Source of the DNA: Selaginella moellendorffii
Lineage: Eukaryota > Plantae > Lycopodiophyta
Assembly (NCBI RefSeq): GCF_000143415.4
Contig: NW_003314328.1
Span: 242,995 to 306,994 of the forward strand
Direction: 5' to 3'
Length of the DNA stretch: 64,000 bases
How positions within the stretch are numbered: position 1 is the first letter of the stretch; every line of letters begins with the position of its first letter. The notes beneath the pieces are model-generated. The model saw nothing but the letters and a program-made list of their open reading frames with translations. It was not told where the DNA came from and made no database searches. Positions 38,090-50,987 of this stretch are shown here, one piece after another. The translations under genes and the position numbers were made by a program.

Positions 38090-39663
38090 TTAGACCGCCC
38101 GGTTGTCGAATCCCACCCATTGCTTCTTCTCGGCATCGAAGAGATTGCACTGCGTTAGGATGGTGGTCATGAGCGGAAACCCAAACACGGCCTTATTGAG
38201 GTGGCGGTCCCAGTTTTGGAGCAGCGATGCGTGCCCGGCTCGCAAGTTATAACTTGGAATCTTGGTGGAAAGGTGGTGAGGAATGTGGACACTGATGTCG
38301 TGACACAGGAAATCAATCCTGTGAAAACCCAAAGTGAGCCCAAAGTTCGGAGGAAATCCCGAGTTATACATACCATGCAGGGTATTCGCAGTGAACAGTT
38401 CCAGCAAGTTGGGCTCCCACGGCGTTCCACTCGCGGTTCTGCTTGAATGGGATGTGTGGAGCCGTGTGGTGGACGAGGGTGAAAGTGCTCATCCAGAAGT
38501 GGAAGCCCAGCCATGGGAGCAGCCACCACTTGACGAAACCAACGGGCCCTTGGGTCACCAACAGGGGCAGCAAAACCAAAAGCCCGAAAGCGTAGCAAGC
38601 CGCAATGCTCGTCTGAAGAAAACAGGCATTGTCCGTCAACTTTTCTCAAAAGATGGATAGATGTCTAACCTTGACTTTGGCGTGCTCCTGGGGGCGGAAC
38701 TTGTTGAGATCGAAATGCCAGAAGAGCCAGTGTCCGATGGAGGCCATCCACCAGAGAGGACCCATTGTTGCACGCATCATCGCCTGGCCAATCCTGTCCG
38801 CATTGTCAAACTGGTGTGGCCGGAATGGCTGCCATGCCGTGTCCATAATCAGCCTGCACATTCGCAGGGAGAAGAATCACGTTAGCATTGAATGCGGGAG
38901 AACAAACACAGAAAAAGATCCCCAGAGGATCCTGGAAGAAACGCGAGAAGCTTACTTGTTGGTGTGTGCATGGTGAGTGTTGTGCTTGATTCTCCACGGC
39001 TCGAACGGGAAGACGAGTGGAGTCATGACCGCATTGCCGACGATATCATTCACGAGCTGGGATTTGGAGAAGGAGTTATGGCCGCAGTCGTGACCGATGA
39101 CAAAGAGCCCAGTGGCGGCGGTCCCCAAGAACGCGTAGATGAAAGGGTAGAGATACCACGGAGCTACGGTCAGGGCTGCGTATCCCGTGGCCAGAGCCGA
39201 GATCGTGATCGCCACAGTCTTCCATGCCTTGAAATCATCCACTTCGAACACCTGATCACAATTGCAAATAAGTTTCTCTTTGATGATCTTTGTTTACCTC
39301 CTTTGGGAGCGTCTTGACAACATCGTTCAACACCATGCCGGCAGGAACCTTCGGAAGATCAAACAAGAAGTGTCATTAGAAACTTTTCTAGCAATCACTT
39401 ACTGGCTCGCCCATCTGTGTGAATCCCGGAGTCAAGACGATCTCCCTCTCGGCTGCTTGATCGCTGGCGATTACTCCAGCCGTGATCACATTGAGGCAAA
39501 GCCGGAGTCTCGCCTGAAGGACACACACAATGGATTGGAAATACTAAGGTCAATCTACCTGGCGACGAGGAAATGGAACCAAGACTCTCGCCGGAATCGC
39601 ACTGCGTGGCCTGTCGACGCGGATGGAAGCCAGAGCGATGCTGCTGCTACTTGCAGCCGCCAT
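38090..39663 (-). CDS. FAD6: Plastid omega-6 fatty acid desaturase, FAD6-like, copy 1; multi-exon
   Basis: His boxes GHDCGH, HNTHH, HIPHH; WLGFHFWMSTFTLVHHTAPHIPF; transit-peptide-like start MAAASSSS. Confidence 0.93.
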
Positions 39664-40053
39664 AGCGGAAAGAAACCCAATGAGCTCGAGCTGCTGAGTT
39701 CCAATGCCTAGACACCGCTCTTATATAAAGAGCCCCCTCACGCTTCTGACCCAACAATCTTGCATGCATGGATTATGGTTCGATAGTTTATCTTGATCAG
39801 GGGAGAAGAAAAAAACAAGTGTTGCAAGGTTCGAGCACTCACTGACAGTTGAGTTCTTCAGAGAAATGTGCTAGTGTCAGGGAGAATTAACACTGTGGAT
39901 TCATTCCTTAGATTACAACACTTTCTTTTCCTTCCCTGATCAAGATAAACTATCGAGCATGCAAGATTCAGAAGCGCGAGGGGCTCCCTATATAGAGAGC
40001 GGTGTCTATACATTGGAAATCAGCAGCTCGAGCTCATTGGGTTTCTTTCCGCT

Positions 40054-41659
40054 ATGGCGGCTGCAAGTAGCAGCAGCATCGCTCTGGCTTCCATCCGTAT
40101 CAGTGCTATTCCGGCAAGAGGCTTGGTTCCATTTCCTCGTCGCAAGGTACCTTAGTATAGCTCTTCCAATCCAAAGTTTCCCAACTTCTTCAGGCGACAC
40201 TCCGGCTTTGCCTCGATGTGATCACGGCTGGAGCAATCGCCCGCGATCAAGCAGCCGAGAGGAAGGTCGTCATGACTCCGGGATTCACACAGATGGGCGA
40301 GCCAGTAAGTGATTTCAATTGATCATCCAAATTATCAGTTCTAGAAAAGTTTCTAATGATACTTCTTGCTTGATCTTCCGAAGGTTCCTGCCGGCATGGT
40401 GTTGAACGACGTTGTCAAGACGCTCCCAAAGGAGGTAAACAAAGATCATCAAAAACCTTGGAGCTAAAGGTGTGATCAGGTGTTTGAAGTGGATGATTTC
40501 AAGGCATGGAAAACTGTGGCCATCACGGTGTCGGCCCTGGTTACTGGATACGCAGCCCTGGCCGTAGCTCCATGGTATCTCTACCCTTTTATCTACGCGT
40601 TCCTGGGCACCGCCGCCACTGGGCTCTTTGTCATCGGTCACGACTGCGGCCATAACTCCTTCTCCAAATCCCAGCTCGTGAATGATATCGTCGGCAATGC
40701 GGTCATGACTCCACTCGTCTTCCCGTTCGAGCCGTGGAGAATCAAGCACAACACTCACCATGCACACACCAACAAGTAAGCTTCTCGCGTTTCTTCCAGG
40801 ATCCTCTGGGGATCTTTCAAACCTTTGGATCGTTTTCTGTGTTTTTTTCTCCCGCATTCAATGCTAACGTGATTCTTCTCCCTGCGATTGTGCAGGCTGA
40901 TTATGGACACGGCATGGCAGCCATTCCGGCCACACCAGTTTGACAATGCGGACAGGATTGGCCAGGCGATGATGCGTGCAACAATGGGTCCTCTCTGGTG
41001 GATGGCCTCCATCGGACACTGGCTCTTCTGGCATTTCGATCTCAACAAGTTCCGCCCCCAGGAGCATGCCAAAGTCAAGGTAATATTATCTATCTATCAT
41101 CTTTTTTAGAAAGTTGACGGCTTGCCTTCTTCAGACGAGCATTGCGGCTTGCTACGCTTTTGGGTTTTTGGTTTTGCTGCCCCTGTTGGTGACCCAAGGG
41201 CCCGTTGGTTTCGTCAAATGGTGGCTGCTCCCATGGCTGGGCTTCCACTTCTGGATGAGCACCTTCACCCTCGTCCACCACACGGCTCCACACATCCCCT
41301 TCAAGCAGAACCGCGAGTGGAACGCCGTGGGAGCTCAACTTGCTGGAACTGTTCACTGCGAATACCCCGCATGGTACGTAAACACATCCTCATTTCTCGA
41401 GAATCTCCTACAAACTTTGGGTTTTTACCACAGGATCGATTTCCTGTGCCACGACATTAGCGTCCACATTCCTCACCACCTTTCCACCAAGATCCCAAGT
41501 TACAACTTGCGAGCCGGGCACGCATCGCTGCTCCAGAACTGGGACTGCCACCTCAACAAGGCCGTGTTTGGGGTTCCGCTCATGACCACCATCCTGACGC
41601 AATGCAATCTCTTCGACGCAGAGAAGAAGCAATGGGTGGGATTCGACAACCGGGCCTGA
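40054..41659 (+). CDS. FAD6: Plastid omega-6 fatty acid desaturase, FAD6-like, copy 2; multi-exon
   Basis: Same motifs and exon structure as copy 1, opposite orientation. Confidence 0.93.
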
Positions 41660-41926
41660 AAGAGGGTTCTTAAGGGAAGTCCACGATGGCACAAATAAGA
41701 ATTCTTTCATCATTCATTCGCTCGTGTAGTGTTCTCATCACGAATTATTTTATTTTTATTTTCGAGATTTTCATCTGTAAGAACATTTTGATAACAAAAA
41801 GGTTTTTATTCTTCTCATTACAACCATTTTAAACCATTTATTATAAACGCGAAATTGTCCCGTGAGGAAAAATTGGGTCTGAAGTTCAAGAAAAGGAAGA
41901 AAAACGAAGGTGGACGAGCGGCAGGG

Positions 41927-43750
41927 CTACTTTGAACGATAGCAAGCTCTCTTAGCGGCCCGAACAATGTCTTCGATCTAAATCAACCATACACACGATT
42001 GACGAAACGAAAAAGATAGAAGAAGCGATTTTTTTTACCTGAGGAAGCGCCAAGCGTTCCAAGTTCGCAGCGTAAGGCATTGGAATGTCGGCACCGGAAA
42101 TCCTCTCGATTGGAGCATCCAAGTAGTCAAAGGTTTCCTCCTGGACGCTAGCACTGCACAAGAGTTTCACCATGTCGCTCGAGGAAAAGAAACGAGCATC
42201 GCAGACTTACCAGACTTCGGCACAAACGCCGTGCTGTGGCCACCCCTCCTCCACAGCAACGAGACGGTATGTCTTTCTCACTGATGCGTTGATGGTCTCT
42301 CTGTCAAGCGGACGTATGGAGCGAAGATTGATCACTTCCGCCTTGATGCCGTCCTTGGCCAACTCGTCAGCAGCCTAGTAGAAGATCGTATGATTTTAGG
42401 CACGGAAAGACGAAATCAAGGAAATGTCTTACTTTTAGCGCAAAACCAACCATCTTCGAGAAAGCAGTGATCGTTACATCAGTTCCTTCTCGTTCCACCT
42501 ACAGCAGACTCAAAAACATTACTCACTAGAGAAACAGGAAAAAGCTCTACCTTGGCCTTTCCTATCGGTAGAGTGAAGTTTGGATCCCGAACTTGTGAGG
42601 ACACTGGGAAGTTCTCCCCGTACCTACAAAAATAAAACTATATGAGACAAGTCCGAGTTGCATTGTTCCACTTACAGCAACTCGTTTTCCAAAAACACAA
42701 CAGGATCGGGATCCCTGATTGCTGCTTTCAAAAGGCCTCGTGCATCTTCCGCCGAGTATGGAGTCACGACTTTTAGCCCCGGACAGGACCCGTACCATGC
42801 TGCAAAGCACTGAAAGATGAAAATAAAAATGGAGCCAACTCTCGCAGAACAGAGCGCTCACCTGTGAGTGTTGAGCACCAACACCGGCAGCTGCACCATT
42901 GGGACCCCGGAATACAATGGGAACAGCTATTTGCCCTCCGGACATATAGTATGTCTTTGCTGCAGAGTTGATGATGTGATCAATAGCCTAAAATCAACAC
43001 GAACAAGACTTAGAAAAAAACGTAAACGTGATAAGCATCTACCTGCATAGCAAAGTTGAACGTCATGAACTCCACGATAGGCTTGAGGCCTTGAAACGCC
43101 GCTCCAACACCGATGCCAGTAAAACCAGCCTGAGAAGTCCAGTCCATTCATTACGACCTTCGCAACTTGATAAAATCAAAGCACTCACTTCTGTGATAGG
43201 CGTGTCGAGCACCCGGTCAGGTCCGTATTTTTGCAACAATCCTTTTGTGACCTTTAGTCCAGACATTTGTTACCACGTAAGTCTACACAGAGAAGACAAA
43301 GAAAGAGCTCACCTTGTAAGCGCCTTGATACTCTCCAACCTGGACACATTCATTCCCATCAAGGAATGGAAAGAAAAAGCATCGATAAAGGAGAAAGCAT
43401 ACCTCTTCTCCCATCACAAACACTTTAGGATCGGCAGCCATCTCCTCGTCAATGGCGGAGTTGAGCGCATCACGAACAGTCATCTAGTTTAATCAAAGAA
43501 GAAAGCCTCAGTATCAAAGCTTGAAAAAGAAGAAAATTAAGCTGCCCGACCTGATCTCCACTGGCAGCTGCTAGATTCCTGACGCTCATCCATTTTGTCT
43601 GCCGCACCGACCAAACGATAAGAACACCCGAGGAATCGCATAGGAATGCGAGCTGCTGTGCCCTAGTCCTCGCATTGGAAGAGGATTTCTTACCAGGGAT
43701 CTCCGGCAGGGCAAATGACGAGACGACGAGCGCACAATCCCAGGAAACAT
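41927..43750 (-). CDS. Pyruvate dehydrogenase E1 beta subunit, mitochondrial; multi-exon
   Basis: [74 protein letters not shown]. Confidence 0.95.
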
Positions 43751-44011
43751 AGCTCCGCAATCCGCCGATCAAGCGCCGCGCCCGCGATTGGAAGAACAAG
43801 CGCTCCCCTGTGCTCTTCGCTTTACCACATTCCTAATTTCAGGGTTGACAAGGGCATTGTTAGGGATTTGCGTGTTCATCCGATGGGATATTCCATCCAG
43901 CAAAACGGAACATTCCGCTACATCTAGTGACGGAGAATATTCCGTTGGCCGAGGGAATCTTAGGGCTTTGGAAATTATTTAAAAAGGACTTTCTTCCTCC
44001 TCTGGCGAGCG

Positions 44012-45297
44012 ATGGACGAGAGCGTTGTGGTGCGCCGGATCATTCCCGCGGACAACAGTTGCCTCTTCAATGCGGTCGGGTATGGCGCTCGTAGATGAGT
44101 GACGATTCGCGATTTCTAGGGCTCTTGCACTTTGGTCCAGGTACGTGATGGAGCACAACAAGAGCAAATCCTCGGAATTGAGAGAGGTTTGCACAGATCT
44201 AGCCGCTGCTCCGCCGCATTTCGCTGACGCATTGCGATTCTTCCAGGTTATCGCCGCCACTGTGATTAGCGATCCCGAGTCTTACAATGAGGCATTCCTT
44301 GGCAAGCCAAACGGCGACTATTGCCAGTGGATACTTAATCCCGAGAAATGGGGAGGTTTGTAGAGAAAAACTCGCGATTTTTCTTCTTTGTTCTTGCTAG
44401 TTTTTTTTTCTCTTTTGTCGTTGCTTTGTTCTTGGATAGGAGCGATTGAGCTCGTGATTGTTCTTGGTCGTTATTTTTTTCTTTGAAGTTGCTAAAAACT
44501 TTGTTCTTGGATAGGAGTGATTGAGCTCGCGATTGTTCTTACTCGTTATTTTTTTTCTTTGTGGCTAAAAATCTTTATTCCTGGATAGGAGCGATTGAGC
44601 TCGCGATTTTGTCGGCCTATTATAGACGCGAGATAGCTGCATATGATATTCAAACTACACGCTGTGATCTCTATGGCCAGGTACTGAGAAATCGAAAAGA
44701 ATGGAGCTCGTTGCAATGCTCAAAGTGATGATTTTTCTTGTTTCTGCGCAGGATAAAAGCTACCAAGAGCGTGTCATGGTTATCTATGATGGATTGCACT
44801 ATGATGCTCTTGCGGTACGTATTTTTCTCGAGAAAAAAAGAGTGAGATGAGAGGAGCTCGTTTTCAAGACACTGAGAACTACTCTCGCAGTTGGCTCCTT
44901 TTGCGGGTGCTCCTGAAGACGTCGATCAAACAGTTTTCAAGGTGGACGAGTATGGCCACATTGGTCCAGCGGAGCGTTTGGCAGTGAAACTAGTCGAGGA
45001 ATCTCACAGGTTTCTTAAGTTTCACAGTGTAGTTTCGATTGTTTCTCAACCTTGAATCTTATGACTTATAGGAACCGGAAGTTCACAGATACTGCGAGCT
45101 TCACGCTGCGTTGTGGAATTTGCCAAGAAGGCGTGGTGGGACAAAAGGTGCGAGCTCCATTTTTCTCTGCGGCTTGTTCGATCTTCTCGCACAATTTTTC
45201 ACCAGGAACTTACGTGAAGGCTATGTTTCTTTTGGTGTAGGAAGCTGTGGAGCACGCGAAGCTCACCGGGCACACCAATTTCCAGGAGTTTAGATAA
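44012..45297 (+). CDS. OTU1/YOD1-type deubiquitinase with C-terminal C2H2 zinc finger; multi-exon
   Basis: PADNSCLFNAVG (catalytic Cys), WGGAIEL, YDGLHYDAL (His), LRCGICQ...HAKLTGHTNFQE. Confidence 0.95.
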
Positions 45298-45519
45298 CAC
45301 TGTGAAGTTGGAGTGAGAGAACTAGACAACGCTGTTACTATAGCGAGACAAGCTTTGGATCTCTCGTCCTGTTCTACCTTTTGGTGGTTTTTGACGAGAG
45401 ATTACGTGTTGTAATACTACTGCAACGTGCGCCGTTGGATGCGTGACGCGTGTCTCGTGTCGCATCCAACGGCTCTGAACCGCATTTTGCATCGAGCTTG
45501 CCAACCATTATTTCTACCA

Positions 45520-46077
45520 GGCGCTAGGGTTTTAGTGTGGCTCTCTGGCGCGATGGCGCTGTGCTGCGGCGCTGGCGATCTTGCCGATCGTTGGCTGTAA
45601 TGCGGATTCATCGCGGGCGTGCTCTCGTCGGTATTGGATTCTTTCTGACGCTGTCGCTGATCAGGAGCACCCGGATCGGATTATCTGGATGCGATCAAGC
45701 AAAGGATGTAGCAAATGCCGCGAGTGATCGATCGCCAGATAAGTTCTTGCTCCCTCAATCTCTCTAGGATTGCATGGAGTTTAGATTGTTCTTGTGTGTG
45801 ATTGATTGGAATGTGTTTGATTAATCTCCCCCAAATGTTTTTGATTTTTATATTCCTTGCGACTGTCCATCCTTGGCGGGCACATGTCCAGTGTCTTTTC
45901 TGGTCTGCGAATGTTTGAGGAACGATTCCCCTAGCTTGGCTTTGGACAAAAGCCAGCCTTTTCAGATAAGTCGGCTTGAGAGGCAACTAACTATGATGAT
46001 TGTCGATCGATGCGTGCTTTTGCCTTACCTGTATTCTTCTTTTTCTTCGCATTGTTTGCCTCGGTTTGAGCCGAGGC

Positions 46078-46110
<33 letters not shown>

Positions 46111-49100
46111 TTTGCTCGCTCTTGAAACCAAAGCGTCTACATTATATCGTATGCGCATAAAGATGACTGCTGTCGAGTCCTCCTAGTGGCAGTTAAACTG
46201 GGACCAGTTTTAACAACCTTTTGTGGTGGGCTCACGGCAAGCTGGAGCCGCTGGTTGTGGCTCCGTGTGAGATATGCTGCTGCTGATATGTATGTGCTAT
46301 AGGGGCCCGTGCGCACGCTATCCCCTCCCCTTAGAAAAAAGAAGAATGCTTTGGGTCCCGCGCGACATTCTCGTGAGATGGAAAAGGAGTCGTCCCTCCC
46401 TTCCCTCCTCCTCCCCCCAAGTTTTTAAGCCTCTCTCTCCACACTAAATGATTTTTAGTATTGACTATTTGCCTGTGCCTGTGGTTTCTTCTGGCTTGCC
46501 TGTTTCGTTGTCTGGCTTGGGCCTCCCTACCTAGTCTGAGTTCTAGAACTGTTGCATTGCCAGGGTCTAGTTTACTTTCACATCATACCTATGGACATCA
46601 TAGGATGTTTGTACTGTGGTGTTGGGGGCTTCCAGCATGCAGGTCTACGGGGGTGTGCTGCTGTGCTGTGTGCACTGTTGGGGTTTTGTTTGCCTTCTTT
46701 CTAACTGTGAAAGGATACAAATCACTGCACTGGCTTCCCTCCTAGTACCTCACATGCATTTGATCATCATGTGTGGCCTACTAACTCCGTCTTAGCTTAC
46801 ACCCCCTTCTTTCGGCCAATTGTCTCTACCTGCATTACCAGTTGAATCAATGAATGCGTATCAGCTGGTCAGCCAGACGAACCGAGGAAAATTTAAAAAC
46901 TGAGCTCGACACTTGATGTGTCGAATGGATGGGAATGTTTAGGATCCGTCACGACCACACGTTGTGTGCGTGACATGTAAGATATGCGATCAGATATCGC
47001 TCTTGGAAGAGTGTGATCTCCTCTTTCCGTTCGTAGAATTACTAAATAGCGCCTACGGCTACAAGGGGGAAAGCCTCCTTTAATCTCATGCTGATTGTCG
47101 GCATTGCATCCTGACTGTTCTGCAATCTTTGATGTAGATAGCTATCGGCTTACAACCCCGTACTGGCTATAGAGCCAGCTTTGGCTTGTTCTTGGTTGTC
47201 CTTCTTGGTTCTTTAAAGCAATTTGAGTGATTACTATATTCTAGCTCAGAACTCAGAAGTTCATAGCTTCTAATAATAAAATTTGGATGTTTTTTGCAGG
47301 GAAAATCTCACCGCAGTAGCTGGTTCTGCTTGTACTGGTGGCTGCTGATGATGGGAACTGGTGAACAGAAGCGAAGAGATACAAGTAGGTAGGGGCCTCA
47401 ACTCTCACAGCGCTGAAGCAGCTATACTCTGCACCGCAAACTTAATGACAAGTTTGGAACAGCAGGTGTGTATTGGTGCAAGGAAGATGGGATTGGAGTC
47501 GGGAGTGGATGGATGGGATGGGACTGGTAAAGCAGTCTCTGCTCGGGTGTGCCAGAGAAGGCGGAGACTCTCTCATCGCACAAGAGCTGAGATGTGACTC
47601 TTCACTTAGTCCTTGGTAGAGCTGGGAAGGAAAGAAGACCCCTTCATAGAGAGCCTGCCCGTGGTATGTACAGCGATCACATTTTACTCTCTTTGACAAA
47701 GACGATCTGGGGAGAATCTATTTGACTCAGACTAGATACGAACAAATTTTCTAAAGGAAATCGAAATCGGCAGAGAATATGATATGAATGCTACAAGAAA
47801 AGCGGAGGTGAGGTATATAATATTGTTTCATTACGCTTTATTAATGTTTTGTTTTGTTTTTTCTTTCTTGTGTATGCAGTGATTCTGTTAGCAACATTGG
47901 TTTGAGTAGCCAACCGGCCAGCCTGCCTACCACTAGCCAGCCACCGTTGGAAAGAATGCCAAGTTTCGGCTGAAGTACATGCACAAAAATACATGGAACC
48001 AACTCTGGTGTTTGAGAAAGGAAGATGCCTTTTCCGGTTTCCAAAACAACCCCGGAGGGAGCGGAAGCATGGAAGGTGAACAATGCGGAAGCAGCAACGA
48101 ATATAGGGACAAAGGCAACAAAAAACAAGACACATTCCGTGAGATATTACTAGTTTATCGACACCGAGGTAACGCGGACTTACACACAAACTGCAGGGAA
48201 CATCTGGCTGGGGAGCAGACACCAGGCAAGTAAGCAGATTTCCTACTTAAAAAACAGGGAGGGAGAGAGGGGCCCTGATACTTTTCAATTTAAATGCTTA
48301 CAGCCAGCAAAGGTTTCCTGCTATGGGCTTGATGAGAGCCCCTCAAAAGCAGCGGGTCTGTGCAAGTGGTGGCGGTTTCTTCGACTGCAGCACGCTGAGC
48401 TACTCCCAAGGTAGAGTTAACTAAAGTAAGACCCGTGTTGCATTTGCATCATCGTTACAGTAGTGGCTGCGATTCTGCTAACACTCTTTCTAGAAATATG
48501 TTTGTATAAGCAGCTCTCCTAATTTTGTGTGTTTTTTCTTGTCATCTCAGCTGTGCCTCGGTAAGGTCCCTTGTGCACGCCATGGCTGGTACCATCATCA
48601 TGTCGACCATATGGCTTGTCAAGTCGTGCCCGTTTATGCTCCAGTTTGGGCTTCCTTTCTGGCCCAGGCGGGGAGCCACACTTGCCACGGCTCCAGAACT
48701 TTGAAATCAACCAGCAGGAAGGTAAGCTCTCGCTCTGTTTGACTTGCTTTTTGAGCTGGCTTGGCTAATGCATTTTAGGACGCCAATAATGAGTGAGTGT
48801 GGTTGACTGTCTCGCTACTGTGTTGTTTGTGTTCGAAAAGAAGCATTTTGATGGTGGCTCTTCATGCAATTGTTTTTGACTGATTTGATAGATTCGGCTA
48901 TTCTTACGTTCTTGTGGTCTTGGTCTCGGTCTTTTACGGTATTGGCCGCAGTTTTTTTATGATATCTTTGTGATTGTGGGGGATGGCTGATTGGCATTAC
49001 GTCACGGGCAGGATAGAGGCTTGGCTCATTGTCATCGTCTCGAGTCTTGACTTTTTCTTTTCGCCTTGGCTTGCTGCGGGCTGATGCTACTGACTACTTA

Positions 49101-50400
49101 TCCTCGTCACTCTTTCTCTCTCCTGGCAGTAGCATGCTGCGTGTCGAAGCTTTGGATGGCAATAGATCGAGATGTGGAATCGTCTATCGAGTGGTATGAT
49201 ATTATGCTGTTTCGTCGTGATTTTCACTGCTCTTTAGCGTGCGTGGGCTTGTTGGGCTGGTATTTCATGGGCTCTGTGTCGTGTGGCCGACATGCTCGAC
49301 TTACGAGACATGGGGCTCACGTCCGACCACCAGGTACGTGGTTCTCTCTTCTTTTTTTCCATTTGATTTTTATTTCTCACAATTATCCTTAACTTATACT
49401 ATTTCATTGAAAAGCAGGAGTCTGAAATGAATACTTACAGCAGTTTTACTGGAGAAAAGAAGGAAAAGAGGCGAATTTCCTGGTTTTGGAGAATCTAATT
49501 CGGTTGCAGGTGCATCACTTATGTCGCATGAATAATGCAAGGAGAAATCAGGCGAGCACATGAGGTAGGCTCCCACAATCCCCACTACTTGGCGGTTGAC
49601 TCTTGCTTTTTTAGTGCAGATTTTGGAAGTTGACTGGAGGAGCTGGAAAAAAAAACTGGCAAATAGTTTATGGCACAGGAACGATTCAGGTAGGAGCGAA
49701 TGACTTATCTCTGCCTGGTTTTTTTTGGTTTTGATAGCGTATCCTGCCTTCTCTGGTGGTGGTGTAGCTAGCTTGTTGCTGTTCCCTGTTCCCTCCTTGT
49801 CTGTGTGTCCTGCTTCTTTTGGAATGACCCTAGGAACTTTTGAGTTTCCTTGAGAGTCCCTTTACGGTCATCTCAGCGTTCTAGTGAGTGTTCTTCCAGC
49901 CGTGTGAATGAGTGAGTGTGTAAAAGGTGGCTACGCGTCTCTCTTCCTTTTGTATGCTTCTCTTCTTTTTCAAGCAGTGTCCCGGGTTTGTTTTTCTCTC
50001 TCAGTACTTTCAATCTCTTTGTCCGTCCAGGTTCTCCTGATGCTTGATTGTTTCTTGGTGTTACTTACACTTCCACACAGGAGGAGGAGGACCTCGCTGC
50101 TCATCATTTGGCGCCTTAAATGCGAAACACTCTTCTTCGTCTCCCTCGGAAACGAGGCGATGGATCGCGAAGGTTTGGGGATCCGTGTCGCAATTCCTTT
50201 CCTCCCTACAGTGCCCGCTAACATGATGCTGCAGGAGTACACACACCAAAGCCAAAGGTTCTATGCCAGGAAGGAGTTTTGGGACCCATCCCTGTTAAAA
50301 CACCGCGCATTTTCTCCGCGAGCATTTTATTCACTTGGATCACCGACAGGATTGTTCCAACGATCAGACAAACAAAACCGTTTAAGAGCGGCCAAAGTTG
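45520..50400 (+). ncRNA. Putative spliced non-coding transcript (lncRNA or distal pri-miRNA leader)
   Basis: Promoter-like block (AACGG inverted repeat 45431-45473, telobox 45525-45532) followed by several AG...GTA-bounded exon-like segments; no credible ORF. Confidence 0.3.
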
Positions 50401-50980
50401 TGTGTGTGTGTGATTTTGCTTTCTTACTCTAGACAATGTTGTTATTAAACACTATAGAATAAAAGGTGGTGGTGGCGTCACCCATTTGATCCTTGCGCTT
50501 GCTTGCATCATTGCATTCCTCAAACCCCTCAAAACTTCCAGTCAACTTTGGCAATCGCCACCCAGACCTTCCAAGCCTTGGAATCCATCTTTGTTTTGAG
50601 GAGCATGCCACGATTCCACAGTCCAATTTGGATTTTAATTTGGAAGCCAAAGCAGAAAGCCCCCAAATTCCATGCATGATTGCCACTCCCAAACAGGCGA
50701 ATCATTCAAAACCTTTCAGCCTCATAGAGCGAGGTCCACCACCATTGACGCTGGGCCGCGCTCGATCCTCCCCTACATGCCATGATCTACGGATCAATCC
50801 CGTGGAGGGATCTCGCCTTTGGTCGATCGAGCGATCCCATAGGCTCCATTCAATCGCGCTTATCAGAGGTGGCGAGGTTCTTTTAGGTTTTAGGGCTCTC
50901 TTGGGGGTCCCGCCCCGCCAGCGGCGCCGCTCACCGGTGGCGCCGCCGGCGGCGCCGCTGTACAGAGGCACAAGGGCAGT

Positions 50981-50987
50981 CTATAAG
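50981..50987 (+). promoter_or_regulatory. Candidate TATA box of pri-miR159
   Basis: CTATAAG after a GC-rich block and before a long CT-rich leader that runs to the hairpin. Confidence 0.45.

Noticed and set aside
46313-46332. miR390/TAS3 target site (CGCTATCCCCTCC)
   Set aside because: The seed-pairing half does not match and no tasiARF sequence is nearby
48330-48400. Box C/D snoRNA (TGATGA...CTGA)
   Set aside because: Weak terminal stem and no recognisable rRNA antisense element
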